From: Planctomycetota bacterium
Lineage (GTDB): Bacteria > Planctomycetota > JAJSAM01 > JAJVHW01
Length of the DNA stretch: 64,000 nt
Reading direction: 5' to 3'
Assembly: GCA_965248445.1 (NCBI GenBank)
Contig: CBDFJG010000004.1
Location: forward strand, 1,856,001-1,920,000
Under the pieces are notes generated by a model. The model made no database searches. It worked only from the letters and a program-made list of their open reading frames with translations, and had not been told where the DNA came from. Both the position numbers and the translations under genes were made by a program. This document shows, in pieces, positions 10,874 through 22,917 of the stretch (its first letter is position 1; every line of letters begins with the position of its first letter).

Positions 10874-12169
10874 ATGTGCAACCAACACAAGGGGCACGGA
10901 CACCTTCCTAAGGGCGTCACGCGCCGAGACATTCTCAGAGCCGGTACGGCAGCCGCGGGCATCGTTGCCCTCGGACCGCTCGCCGGCGGCATCAAGGTCG
11001 CGCACGGTGCTCCGCTGAACATCAAGCGGATGATCGTCGTGAACTTCTTCGGTGGGCAGGACACGCTCAACTTCGTGATCCCCCACCTGCTGCCTCGCTA
11101 CAACAATCGACGGCCGACGATCGCCATCAACAACGGTCTCAGCCTCGATAACGGCGGTGCGGCGACGAACATCGACTTCACCATCCACCCGGTGATGACG
11201 GACATCCGCAACATGTGGGACGACGGCGACATGGCCTTCGTCAACAAAGTCGGGTATCCGCAACAGAACCTCAGTCACTTCACCAGTCAGAACATCTTCA
11301 GCCGCGGCGTCCGCTCGGAATCGGACGGAGCCGTCCGGTCAGGCTGGATCGCGCGATGGGCGGACGAGAACGCGCCGACGGCTTTGTCGTCGGTCGGTAT
11401 CGGCGTCGGTCGGTTGCTGGACTTCGTGGGTGGGCAGACCAGCCCGTTCCTCGCGTCCTCCCTCAGCAACTTCGAGGTCCGAGGCCGCGGAGGCGGCAAC
11501 GGCCTGAACGACGACGACTTGCACCGCGTCAACACGGCCAAGTCGATGCTGGCACAGTTCGGCGGTACGGGCGTCTCGGCCGAAGCCAAGACTGCGGTCG
11601 ATCAGGCCTACCAGCTCGCGGATCAGGTCGCAGACTCGATCACGAACTACTCCGGAACCGGTGACTACGGCTCGTCGACCTTCGCCAATCGGATGAAGGA
11701 CATCTCCCGCATGGTCGAGGCGGGGTTCGAGACGCAGATCTACTACACCGGCTTCGGCGGACTCGACACGCACGGCGGACAACTCAACCGTCACTCCCCC
11801 ATCCTGGCGAACTTCAACAACGCGGTCCGGGGCTTCTCCCAGGACATGAAGTCGCTGGGCCAGTGGGACAACACGGTGATCGTCGGAATCACAGAGTTCG
11901 GCCGTCGCAACTTCGAGAACGGTTCGCAAGGCACCGACCACGGGCACGAATCGACGCAGATGATCATCGGCGGACCGGTACAGGGAGGCAACCGCGGCGG
12001 CGCTCTGGTCGACAACGACCTCGCCACCAACTGGCTGCAGAACTCCTCCGAGTCGTCCGATTTCCGCTCCGTCTACAAGGAGATCCTCACGGATCACCTC
12101 GGGTCGGGCGGCATGAACGTCGTCTTCCCGGAGGTCATTCCAGGAGACCAGGACCTCGGGCTCATCTAG
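10874..12169 (+). CDS. DUF1501-family Tat-exported protein
   Basis: Tat motif TRRDIL; GGQDTLN, SHF, GGLDTHGGQ, TEFGRR..ENGSQGTDHG; AGGAGG SD; usual partner of DUF1800. Confidence 0.88.
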   Translation: MCNQHKGHGHLPKGVTRRDILRAGTAAAGIVALGPLAGGIKVAHGAPLNIKRMIVVNFFGGQDTLNFVIPHLLPRYNNRRPTIAINNGLSLDNGGAATNIDFTIHPVMTDIRNMWDDGDMAFVNKVGYPQQNLSHFTSQNIFSRGVRSESDGAVRSGWIARWADENAPTALSSVGIGVGRLLDFVGGQTSPFLASSLSNFEVRGRGGGNGLNDDDLHRVNTAKSMLAQFGGTGVSAEAKTAVDQAYQLADQVADSITNYSGTGDYGSSTFANRMKDISRMVEAGFETQIYYTGFGGLDTHGGQLNRHSPILANFNNAVRGFSQDMKSLGQWDNTVIVGITEFGRRNFENGSQGTDHGHESTQMIIGGPVQGGNRGGALVDNDLATNWLQNSSESSDFRSVYKEILTDHLGSGGMNVVFPEVIPGDQDLGLI

Positions 12170-13838
12170 CCGCATCTGTTCACGAGACGTCGCGATGACG
12201 GTGCTTTCGGAGTCCACAGGGTCAGATCTTGGCCAGGCGAGGGCGGATGCTGTCGTCGTTGCCACAAGGGCAACGCGAGTGAGCGGCCGAAACGGCGCGG
12301 ATTCTGCGGTGTGGGCAGACCGTAGGCCGGGCGGTGGTGTGGCGGACGGCGCGGCGGGACGTCAGGTCGGCTTCGGGGATGCCAGCAGTCGTTGCGCGCA
12401 GCGCTCGAAGACGTGCTGCCAGGGCCACGACGAGGACATCGAGACCCAGATCCGGCGCGTCGTGATCCGCACGAGCGCGCCGATCTTGAGCAGCCGCAGG
12501 CGGATCGTGCCGGCTTGCGCACGCGCCATCTCGGTGCCGGCGAGACCGATGCGTCGCAGCGCACAGGTCAGGACGTAGGCCATGGCCGACATGGCCATCC
12601 GCACGGCGTTGCCCTGCATCGTGTGCACCGACAGACGGGTGCCGAAGAGCTCGAGCTGCTGCTCCTTGATGCGATTCTCCGCCTCGCCCCGGGCGCAGTA
12701 GAGCTGCTCGTAGAGACGCTTGCTGCTCCAGCTACGAGGCGGCAGATTGGTCACCACGAAGCGGGGATTGCGCTTGCCGCCCGGCAGGTGCTCGGCCTTG
12801 GCGACCACGCGACGCCTCTGGCTCCAGCTCCCCAGCGTGGTCCAGGCAAAGTCGCGAAAGACCCGGGCTGCTCGGCCGGTCTGCACGGCACGGGCTGCGG
12901 CCTCATCGAGCGCGTCTTCGACGTGTCGCTCAAGGCGCTCATTGCGCGCCATGCCCAGCAGGTAGAAGTGGCCGGCGGCCTCGCACCAGGCCATCAGCTC
13001 CTCGCGGCAAAAGCCCGAGTCTGCGCGCACGAGCACCTTGGCCCGGGGCCAGCGGCGCCGCAGACGTAAGACCAGCGCACGGAGCTCGTCCACGACTCCG
13101 CGCGCGGGATCTCTGTCAGCGGTCTGGAGCCGAGCGAGCAAGAGGTGCTCGCCGCAGAAGACGTACAGCGGCAGGTAGCAGTAGTGCCCGTAGTAGCCGT
13201 GGAAGAAGCGGCCCTCCTGCCGGCCGTGCAGCCGCACGTCGGAGTGGTCCAGGTCCAGCACGAGCAGGCCCGGATCCTCCGGCCCCATGGCCTCGCAGAA
13301 GACGTCGCTGAGCACGCTGTCCACGCGCTCCTGGTCCATCTCGATCTTGGCGTAGCGCGTCTGTGCCGTGGCGCCGAGCTGCGTGGTCTCGAGCCGCGAG
13401 AGCGTCGGGTGCGTGGCCAGAGCACCCTCGCGCTTGCCGCACGCCGCGGCAAACAGCGGGTCCTTGCCGACATGGTCGTGGTCCACCAGATCCTCGTAGC
13501 CCGCGCACAGCCCGAAGACCCGCTGACGCAGCATCTGGCCGACCGTGTGCTCGACCCGACGCGGGTCCCGGTGGTCCCCGAAGCAGCGCGCAAACCGCGA
13601 GAGCAGATCGATGCGACGATCGGTCCGCTCGAGCAGCAGCACGCCCCCGTCGCTCGTCACGGTACCGGCGTCGAAGCGCGTCACCGCGGTGCGTCCACAG
13701 ATGCCCGCGAAGAGGGTCCCCTGCGGGCTACAGTCTGTCGTCATCGGGCCGGCGCTCCTGTCGGTGCAAGTACTAGCGAGTACGAGCACTTAGACAGACG
13801 ACGGCCCGCTCAGATTCCCGGCTGGTGAACGATTCGGG
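12170..13838 (-). mobile_element. IS1380-family element (1669 bp) with CTAG target duplication
   Basis: ends CCGCATCTGTTCAC / GTGAACGATTCGGG; CTAG at 12166-12169 and 13839-13842. Confidence 0.9.
12362..13744 (-). CDS. IS1380-family transposase
   Basis: FDAGTVTSDGG, GYEDLVD, HGRQEGRFFHGYY..YCYLPL, RADSGF, YCARGEAENRIKE. Confidence 0.92.
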   Translation of the reverse strand: MTTDCSPQGTLFAGICGRTAVTRFDAGTVTSDGGVLLLERTDRRIDLLSRFARCFGDHRDPRRVEHTVGQMLRQRVFGLCAGYEDLVDHDHVGKDPLFAAACGKREGALATHPTLSRLETTQLGATAQTRYAKIEMDQERVDSVLSDVFCEAMGPEDPGLLVLDLDHSDVRLHGRQEGRFFHGYYGHYCYLPLYVFCGEHLLLARLQTADRDPARGVVDELRALVLRLRRRWPRAKVLVRADSGFCREELMAWCEAAGHFYLLGMARNERLERHVEDALDEAAARAVQTGRAARVFRDFAWTTLGSWSQRRRVVAKAEHLPGGKRNPRFVVTNLPPRSWSSKRLYEQLYCARGEAENRIKEQQLELFGTRLSVHTMQGNAVRMAMSAMAYVLTCALRRIGLAGTEMARAQAGTIRLRLLKIGALVRITTRRIWVSMSSSWPWQHVFERCAQRLLASPKPT

Positions 13839-13841
13839 CTA

Positions 13842-13868
13842 GCGCAGCGCGGGGGGCCGCGGCTGCGC
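13842..13868. terminator. GC-rich hairpin between convergent gene ends (possible terminator)
   Basis: GCGCAGC...GCTGCGC stem; no U-tract. Confidence 0.3.
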
Positions 13869-13906
13869 GGTGGCGGTGCGGGATCATGGCCGTACGAGGC
13901 GTGGCG

Positions 13907-14091
13907 TCACTGCTGAGCCACAGTGATCTTGAGAGCGAGCACGCCCGCGCCCATCAGCGCACCGGACTCATCGACCAAGATGACGTGCTTCACGCCCGGG
14001 GACTCGACGAGCTCACCGATCACTGCCTGCCACGTTCCGATGGGATCGTCGCGCTCGAGGTCACGGTCCATGAGACGGAGCGCGAACACCC
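13907..14091 (-). pseudogene. C-terminal remnant of a gene truncated by IS3; C2-domain-like motif
   Basis: FALRLMDRDLERDDPIG resembles the C2 Ca-binding loop pattern hxhxDxDxxxDDxIG. Confidence 0.4.
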
Positions 14092-15732
14092 CGGGACGTG
14101 TCAACGACTTTGAGACACCGCGTCTTCGAGTTTAGTGAGCAGCCTCCTGTGTCGCAGTCTCCAGCGCCGCGAGTTCCCGGGCCGGCGGGTTGATCCACGT
14201 CTCGGTCGGCAGAGCCGGCGGCGTCGGCGCACGGCGCACGAAGCGCTCGGGATGCGCCGCGTACGCGGCATCGAGCACGACCGAGCGCGCGGCGACGGCC
14301 GCTTCGGCGCGGCCGTAGTGCACGGTCTCGGGCGTCAGCAGCCCGAGACTCGAGTGACGATGCTCGCGGTTGTACCAGTGGAAAAAGGCGCGGCAGTGCG
14401 CCCGCGCGTCCTCGATGCAGCCGAAGCGCGCTGGGAAGTCCGGCCGGTACTTCAGCGTGCGGAATTGGCTCTCGGAAAACGGATTGTCATTCGACGTGTA
14501 CGGCCGGCTGTGCGACTTCGTCACGCCGAGATCGGCGAGCAGAAAGGCCACCGGCTTGCTGATCATCGGCGGCCCCCGATCGGAGTGGATCGTGAGCTGC
14601 TCCGCCGCGATCCCCTGCTTCTCGCAGGACTGCTCGATGAGTGCCGTCGCCAGCGCACCGCTCTCGCAGTCCGCCAGCATCCAGCCCACGACGTTGCGGG
14701 AGTAGATGTCGAGCACGACGTAGAGATAGAAGTAGCTCCACTTCACCGGGCCGCGGAGCTTGGTGATGTCCCAGCTCCAGACCTGGTTCGGGGAGGTCGC
14801 GAGGAGCTCGGGCTTCTTGTACGCGGGATGACGCAGCTGGTTGCGGCGCTCACGCACAGCACCAGCCGCACCGAGGATGCGGTACATCGTGCGCACCGAG
14901 CACAGGTAGCGTCCCTCGTCGAGCAGGATCGCCCACGCCGCAAGCGGTGACAGATCGCAGAAGCGCTCCTCGCTCAGCACCGCGAGTACGGTAAGACGCT
15001 CGTCGATCGTGAGGGCGCGCGGCGAGCGCCGGCGCGGCTGCTGGGGCCGGGGGCACGTGCGTGCCGTTCGGCGCCGATAGAGCGTGGCGCGCGTGACTCC
15101 GAGCGCGCGGCACGCGGGGGCGACGCCCACGCGTCCCCCCAGCTCCTCCGCCGCAATCACGTGTCGCTCCCGCTCGTCTCGGGCATCTCGATGCCCAGCA
15201 GCCGTGAGACTTTTCGCTGCACGTCGATGATCACCTCGGCCGTCTCGAGCCGCTTCTCGAGACGGGCGACTTCGCGCTCGAGCTGCTCGTTGCGCTTCTT
15301 GAGCGCACGGTCCGGATCGGGCTTGGGACCACGCCGCTTGGGCGAGAGCGCCTCGAGCTGGCCCTGGTCCCGCGCGCGCCGCCACGTCAACAAGTGCGAG
15401 GAGTACAGCCCCTCACGGCGCAAGAGAGCGCCGATCTCGCCGGGCTTCGTGCACGCGTCCGCCGCCTCGATGATCCGTAGCTTGTACGCGGCGCCAAAGC
15501 GCCGCCGCGAGGCGCGCGGCACGACCTCGGGGTCGCGCACCCCAACGTCCCCCGGGCCGCGCGCCCCGGGGGAGCCCCCTCCGCCTCGATCGCGCTCGCT
15601 ATGCTCGCCCTCCCTCGGCTCCGGGATCTCCCCCGGCGCTGTGTTGTGGTTGTTCGTCATCGCTGGTTCCTCCACCGCCCTGCACAGTAATCATCCGTGG
15701 GGTCGGTGTCTCAGCCACGTTGGCACAGAGGG
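14092..15732 (-). mobile_element. IS3-like element copy 2 (orfA 15157-15660, orfB 14132-15160)
   Basis: same translated ORFs and ends as copy 1; no TSD. Confidence 0.92.
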
Positions 15733-16155
15733 GAGAGCGGACCGAACGAGAAGCGGAACATCTCGTCGAGCGTGCTCGGACCGCCCTCGGGCTCGCGCGC
15801 CATGTCGCACAGGCGCCCGGGCAGGATGCCCGCATCGTGCTCGAACAGGCGGTCGTTCAACTGGTCCCCGGTCAGCCCGTCGGGCAGCCGCGCCCAGTGA
15901 TAGAACCCGCCCTCGCCCGTGAAGAGCTCGATGCCGAGAGACGAGAGGCCCTCGCCGTAGCGTTTGCGCTGCGCCCCGAAGAAGCTGCGGACCGCACTGC
16001 GCGCCAGTCGCACCCGCTCGGTCTCGAGCAGTCGCGTCACGTAGAGCTGCGACGCACGCGAGACGCCGCCCATGCCGAGCGAGGAGTAGTTGCGGAAGAT
16101 CTCGACGTGCTTCTTTGCCGCGACGCACCACCCGATCCGCATCCCCGGCACCTGG

Positions 16156-17687
16156 GTACCCGTTCAGGGTATGACGATCCGCGGCCTCAGCGCGTGATCG
16201 GGAGCGCGACGAGAGCCGGCGGCGAGCGGTTGTGCGCGAGTGCCGCGCTGACGTCTGCGAGGTAATCGAAGACGCTCTCGCCACGCTGGCGGAGCGTGGC
16301 GGTGACGGTCAGGATGCGCTCGACGAAGCGGAGTCCGCGCTCGCTCTGACTTCCGTGCGTTGCGCGTCTCCACAGGACCGGCTTGCGCACCGCGCGCTCA
16401 GCGGCGTTGTTCGTCGGGGAGACGCCAGGGACGTCGGCGAAGGTCCACAGAGCCTCCGCTCGGTCGAGCAGATGCCGAGTCGTTCCGCGTACTCGGCGGT
16501 GCTTGCTGTCTGCGCCGCGCACGAGCAGCGTCAGGAGTCGGTCCCATGTGAGACGCAGCTCACGCCGCATGCGGTCGCGGTCCCCGTGCTCGCCGAAGTG
16601 ACGCTGAGCTCGCATGACAGCCTGGGCGAGACGCACGGCCTGCTTGCCGAAGCGCCGGCCGCCGCGCGAGCCCTCGGCCAGCGCTCGAAAGTCCCTCTCG
16701 AGATGCGCCCAGCAGATCTGGCGGCGCTCGGTGGGATGCTGGTCGTAAGCGCCCATACGGTCGGTCACGAGGACGCCCCTGAAGCGCTTGCCCACGAGTC
16801 GCCGCATGGCCTTGGCGCTCCTGCGCCGATCGATACGATGGACCGTGGCGTGCTCACAGACCGCGCTCCACAGCCAATGCAGCGTGCCACGACGCGACCA
16901 CGGTGTCTCGTCTACATAGGCGACGCTGCTCGTGCGTACGGCCCCGAGGGCCTCGATGTGCGCTGAGGAGATGGCTCCCGACACCCGCTCCTCGATCGCA
17001 CTGACCGTGCCCGGTGACATCGAGACGCCGATGACGTCACGCAACAGACGACTGGTCTCGCGCCGCGACAGGCGGAAGACGCCGACCAGAGCCGCGGTGA
17101 GCGCACAGAGTCGCGGGCCGAAGGGACTCGCCGTCACACCGCTTGGCAGCGAGGCAGTGGACGTGGCGCCACAGTCCGTGCACCGTGCCCGGTGCAACCG
17201 GTGCTCGGTCACCTGGATCAGCCGTGGCGGGACCTCGAAGACCTGCTGGCGTGTCGGGGCGCGATCGATCGGGACGAGCACGTCGCTCCCACACGCGCTG
17301 CACTCGCGCGGGCGGTGGTCCTCTACGCCATCGACCTCGGACTCGTCCACGAGCTTGCGCGTCGCCCCTTTGTGGCCGGGCTGCGCACCCTGGCGCTTGT
17401 CCGACGGCGGCTTGCGCCGCCGCCGCTTCTTGGACCACGACGGATCCGAGGACGGTGGGCGCGAGGAGGTGCGGGAGTCCCGGCGAAGACGGCTCTCGAG
17501 ATCGTCGATCCGTGCCGCCTGCCGCTCGATCACCTCCGCCTGCTCGGCAATCGTCTCGTCCCGAGCGTCCAGACGACGGGTCAGGCGCTCGACCAGATCA
17601 CGCAGCTCATCGGTGCCCACATCCGATTCATCGACCGAACGGAAAGCGATCTGGATCCGAGCTCAGAACCAAGGGCTGAACGGGTAC
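16156..17687 (-). mobile_element. single-ORF IS66-family element type A copy 1 (1532 bp); transposase 16187-17620
   Basis: TIR GTACCCGTTCAG; 8-bp TSD GCACCTGG; SSRPPSSD, GAQPGHKG, CxxC x2, VDET, QICWAHL, TNNAAER. Confidence 0.95.
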
Positions 17688-18110
17688 GCACCTGGAGCCC
17701 CTTCGTGGCCGCGCCGACGACGAAGATGTCCGTCGCATCGATATCGTCGATGTACCTCAGCGCGCTCTCGGGTTCTGGATCGACGAAGAACTCGTACGCT
17801 TCGTCGATCAGCGCGCCGCGGCCGGGAGCGCTGTGCATGTCGACGATCGCGCGGAGAGCGTCTCCCGTCGCCGCGACACCGGTGGGGTTGCAGGGGTTGC
17901 TCTTCAGCAGCATCACCCGTGAACTCCCGTCGAGCGGATCGACGTCGTAGTCACCGGGCGCGGGCCGGAAGCGGTTCTCCACGTTGCTGGGGATCAGCCG
18001 GTGGGGGACGTCGAGGAGACGCAGCACGTCCCAGTACGGCGTGTACTCCGTCGACTCGAGCGTGACCGTCGTCCCCGGCTTCAGGAACGCGAGGATCGCG
18101 AAGATCGCGG

Positions 18111-18150
<40 letters not shown>

Positions 18151-18541
18151 CGAACACCGCTACGTGGTCGGCCGTGATTCCAGCGTCGTAGAACGTGTTG
18201 TAGTAGTCGGCGATGGCCTGGCGCAGCGGCGGCTCGCCGTCGGCCTTCGGGTACATCAGGTCGGTGGACGTGATATCGACGCTGCTCGGCAGCGGCGGCC
18301 CGCCGGGCAGCTGCGTCGTGAGCGGAAAGCCCTGCGCCCACGGGTGCGTGCCGGCATCGCCCATGTACTTCTGCGTGGCGTCGGCGAACTTGAAGAGGGT
18401 CTCGTAGATCCCCATCGGCGGGAACGTCTTGAGCAGCATGGGCGTCATCTGGCTCCAGTGAGGCAAGAGGCTACTCATGCCGGCCGGACACACAAGGCAG
18501 GACGCACCGCGACCGATGACGGGCGCGTATGCTGCGCTCTC

Positions 18542-18898
18542 GTGCGTGCTGCCTCACTCCCGCTGATCGTCCCGGCTCTGGCCGCCGCCGGGTGCATGTC
18601 GCTCGACTACGACCTGGCGGACGTGCCGATCCCGATCAGCGCACAGCCCGCGCCCGCGGGGACACACACGGAGCCGATCACGGTCGTGGCGAAGCACGTG
18701 CTGTACGCGCACGGTCTCCTGGGAGAGCGGGAGCCGGACGTCGCCTGGCTGATCGACGAGACGACCCGCGGCTACAGCCGCATCACGGGCTTTCGGTTGA
18801 CCCACGGCGCCACGTTCCACGACTGGCTGCTCACGCACCTTTCGCTCACGCTGCTGCGCTTCAAGACGATCACGATCGACATGGAGCGGATTCGCTAG
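18542..18898 (+). CDS. small lipoprotein, unknown function
   Basis: hydrophobic stretch and lipobox AAGC; biased codon usage. Confidence 0.6.
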   Translation: MRAASLPLIVPALAAAGCMSLDYDLADVPIPISAQPAPAGTHTEPITVVAKHVLYAHGLLGEREPDVAWLIDETTRGYSRITGFRLTHGATFHDWLLTHLSLTLLRFKTITIDMERIR

Positions 18899-18910
18899 CT
18901 CCGGCGCGCG

Positions 18911-21900
18911 TCAGTACTTGAGCGACTTGCCTTTGGGGGCCATGCGCACCTGCACCGCGCGCGTGTCCGTGCCGAGGCTGATCTCGATGGGGACGCCGAT
19001 CGGGCCGCCGGGCAGCGCACCGAGGTCGAGGTTCTTGCCCTTGAGCGAGAGTTGCTCCTTGCCGTAGTCGACCTTGAACTGGGAGATGCCGGGCGCGGAC
19101 GGCGGGTTCTTTGCCGTGAATGTGTCGCCCTTGGGCGTGAACTCGCCACCGGGGATGGTGACCTCGAACGAGTCGCCGTAGCGCACCATCACGTCGGGAG
19201 CCGTCGCCGGCGTGCCGCCATCGGTGGCGATGCCCGCGGTCAGGCTCAGCTTGTCCTTCCCGCCGCCCTTGTGCGTTGCCTTGGCCTTGAACGGAAACAC
19301 ACCGGGCTCGCTCAGCGCGCCGCGTCTCTTGCCCAGCCGGTACTTGCCGGCTTCGAGCTCGACCGTGCCGCGCCCATCCGCCGAGGCGGTCGCGAAGCGC
19401 ACCGAGATCGAGCCGTTCAGATCGATCGTGCCGACCTGTTCGCCCGTGACCTGCAGCTTGAACTTCGCGCGCGAACTGCCTGACTTGTGCGGTGTGATCG
19501 AGAACGTGATGCTGTCGTCCTTGAACTCGAACTTCCTGCCCTTGGCCGCCAGAGTCCCCGCGAACGTGAGGCCCGCGACCGAGATCGTCGCGGGTCCGGC
19601 CAGACGTGCTGCCGCAGCGCCCGTGTCGAAGAAGCCGGCGACCGTCATCTTCGACTTCGCGGGCTTCTTGGCGTTCACCTTGATCGCCACGTTCTTCGGG
19701 AGGACGAACGAGTCGGTGAGCGGTGCGTGGATGCTGAGCTCGACGTCGCCGCTGGTCGCGGCGTTGTTGCCCGAGCGAACGCTCGCGCCCGTCGCGTCGA
19801 TCGTCGCGCTGCTGCCGCCGAAGCTCTCGAGCGTGATGTCGCCCGACGCGCCTCCCACGTTGGCTTCGGTGAACACGATGGCCTGCGGCATCAAGAGCGA
19901 ACCGGAAACCGAGGTTGCGTCAACGCGCACCTGGCTGCGATACGCGCCCTCGACTGTCGCCGTGTCCTGGGAGTGGACGGAGAGCAGGCCGGAGGTGGCG
20001 TCCATCACCACGACGTCGAGTGTGGCTGCGCCGTTTGCCGCGACGACGCTCACGCCGACCCCGGTCGCGCGCGGAAAGCCGCCGCCCGAGGTTCCGAGCG
20101 TGACGTCGTTTGCGGCGTGGATGTCGATCGTGTCGCCCGTGCTCGTCAGCGTGACTTCGTCGGTAGCCGTGACGTCCTTGCCGTGCGCGTGGAGCCGGAT
20201 CCCGCCCTTACCGACGGCCGTCGCGGTGCCTGCTCCGGCGAGGATCACCGACTCGCTGGCCTTCAGTGTGATCTGCCCGCCGGCGAGGGGGTCCCCCTCG
20301 CCTGAGCCGTCGCTGGCGACCAAGGAGAAGTCGGGGCCGATCTCGACGGGCCCACCGAACGCCTCGACGCGGACGTTCCCTCGATTGGCATTCAGGACCA
20401 CACCGAAGGTCAGGGCGACTTCGGTGCCCGCATCCATCAGTACGTTGCCGCCGTTTCGCCTCGACGGTGATGTCGACCAATGACACCACTCCGTCCCCGA
20501 TCGCATGCGCGACGAAGTCGCCGACTTCGGGTACCCGTTCAGCCCTTGGTTCTGAGCTCGGATCCAGATCGCTTTCCGTTCGGTCGATGAATCGGATGTG
20601 GGCACCGATGAGCTGCGTGATCTGGTCGAGCGCCTGACCCGTCGTCTGGACGCTCGGGACGAGACGATTGCCGAGCAGGCGGAGGTGATCGAGCGGCAGG
20701 CGGCACGGATCGACGATCTCGAGAGCCGTCTTCGCCGGGACTCCCGCACCTCCTCGCGCCCACCGTCCTCGGATCCGTCGTGGTCCAAGAAGCGGCGGCG
20801 GCGCAAGCCGCCGTCGGACAAGCGCCAGGGTGCGCAGCCCGGCCACAAAGGGGCGACGCGCAAGCTCGTGGACGAGTCCGAGGTCGATGGCGTAGAGGAC
20901 CACCGCCCGCGCGAGTGCAGCGCGTGTGGGAGCGACGTGCTCGTCCCGATCGATCGCGCCCCGACACGCCAGCAGGTCTTCGAGGTCCCGCCACGGCTGA
21001 TCCAGGTGACCGAGCACCGGTTGCACCGGGCACGGTGCACGGACTGTGGCGCCACGTCCACTGCCTCGCTGCCAAGCGGTGTGACGGCGAGTCCCTTCGG
21101 CCCGCGACTCTGTGCGCTCACCGCGGCTCTGGTCGGCGTCTTCCGCCTGTCGCGGCGCGAGACCAGTCGTCTGTTGCGTGACGTCATCGGCGTCTCGATG
21201 TCACCGGGCACGGTCAGTGCGATCGAGGAGCGGGTGTCGGGAGCCATCTCCTCAGCGCACATCGAGGCCCTCGGGGCCGTACGCACGAGCAGCGTCGCCT
21301 ATGTAGACGAGACACCGTGGTCGCGTCGTGGCACGCTGCATTGGCTGTGGAGCGCGGTCTGTGAGCACGCCACGGTCCATCGTATCGATCGGCGCAGGAG
21401 CGCCAAGGCCATGCGGCGACTCGTGGGCAAGCGCTTCAGGGGCGTCCTCGTGACCGACCGTATGGGCGCTTACGACCAGCATCCCACCGAGCGCCGCCAG
21501 ATCTGCTGGGCGCATCTCGAGAGGGACTTTCGAGCGCTGGCCGAGGGCTCGCGCGGCGGCCGGCGCTTCGGCAAGCAGGCCGTGCGTCTCGCCCAGGCTG
21601 TCATGCGAGCTCAGCGTCACTTCGGCGAGCACGGGGACCGCGACCGCATGCGGCGTGAGCTGCGTCTCACATGGGACCGACTCCTGACGCTGCTCGTGCG
21701 CGGCGCAGACAGCAAGCACCGCCGAGTACGCGGAACGACTCGGCATCTGCTCGACCGAGCGGAGGCTCTGTGGACCTTCGCCGACGTCCCTGGCGTCTCC
21801 CCGACGAACAACGCCGCTGAGCGCGCGGTGCGCAAGCCGGTCCTGTGGAGACGCGCAACGCACGGAAGTCAGAGCGAGCGCGGACTCCGCTTCGTCGAGC

Positions 21901-22830
21901 GCATCCTGACCGTCACCGCCACGCTCCGCCAGCGTGGCGAGAGCGTCTTCGATTACCTCGCAGACGTCAGCGCGGCACTCGCGCACAACCGCTCGCCGCC
22001 GGCTCTCGTCGCGCTCCCGATCACGCGCTGAGGCCGCGGATCGTCATACCCTGAACGGGTACGACTTCGGACACGACGCGGCACCAGTTCAGGAACACAA
22101 AAGTCCCCGACAGGAGGAGTACTTCACCATTCCCGGCGATGACCTCGGCCGACTGTATGTCCACGGCCGTTTGGTTCGAGTCGGCACTGGGACCGTGTGC
22201 GCGGAACGTGATGTCGCCGTCGACCGTCGTCACCCTGCTCAGCACGGCGCCGGGCACGAACTCCCCGTCCGACCGGGCGCCTGTGCCGATGTCCACGCGG
22301 TCCGCATCGATCGTGATGGGACTCGCGGCGCCCGTCGTGCGAATGAACGTCACGGGCACGCCGAAGCGGTGTTCCAGTCCGACGGACCCACCGGCTACCA
22401 AGACGATCGGCTGATTGTCGCCGGTCGTTTGAATGCCCCCGTCGATGTCGATGATACCCGTCGCGCAGAGCGTCACGGGCCCCGTGTACGTGACGACCGC
22501 GTCTTGGATCAGCAGTGACTCATACTCGTAGATCCCGCCCGGCAGCGTCATGTCGCTCGTAATCGCCACCAGCCCAAGCGCTCCCGTGCCGGTGTCCGGC
22601 TTCGTCGGCAGCGTCGCCGTGAGAGTTCCCTGCGGCGTCAGTGCCGGCGCGTTGGGCGGCACCGCCGCCGGCGCGCACGGGTCGATGGTGACCGTGCCCT
22701 GCGTCGCAGCAGTTCCCGCGGCAACGGTCGCCCCAGTCGTGTCGATCGTGGCGCTGCCGACCGCACCGTCGAGTCCGACGCAGACGATCACCAGTGTCAA
22801 CCCTGCGACCAGGATTCGCGTCACGCGCAT
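18911..22830 (-). pseudogene. large secreted beta-rich surface protein interrupted by IS66 and a 1-nt frameshift
   Basis: signal peptide MRVTRILVAGL; frame rejoins across the IS (VSEV|GDFV); extra base at 20454-20456; GGxIxL-type repeats; Lys-rich C-terminus. Confidence 0.7.
20531..22062 (+). mobile_element. IS66-family element type A copy 2; transposase 20598-22031
   Basis: TIR GTACCCGTTCAG; 8-bp TSD GACTTCGG; same protein as copy 1. Confidence 0.95.
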
Positions 22831-22917
22831 GCTCCCCCCCTCACTCGGTGCGATGTCACACCAACCCGCGCCCATTCTAGGCGTTCCGGCGCCCTGGGCG
22901 CATGCGCGCCGCGCCGA

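Noticed and set aside
18911..21286. 791-aa ORF as a genuine protein
   Set aside because: Chimera of antisense IS66 sequence and the C-terminal part of the interrupted surface protein
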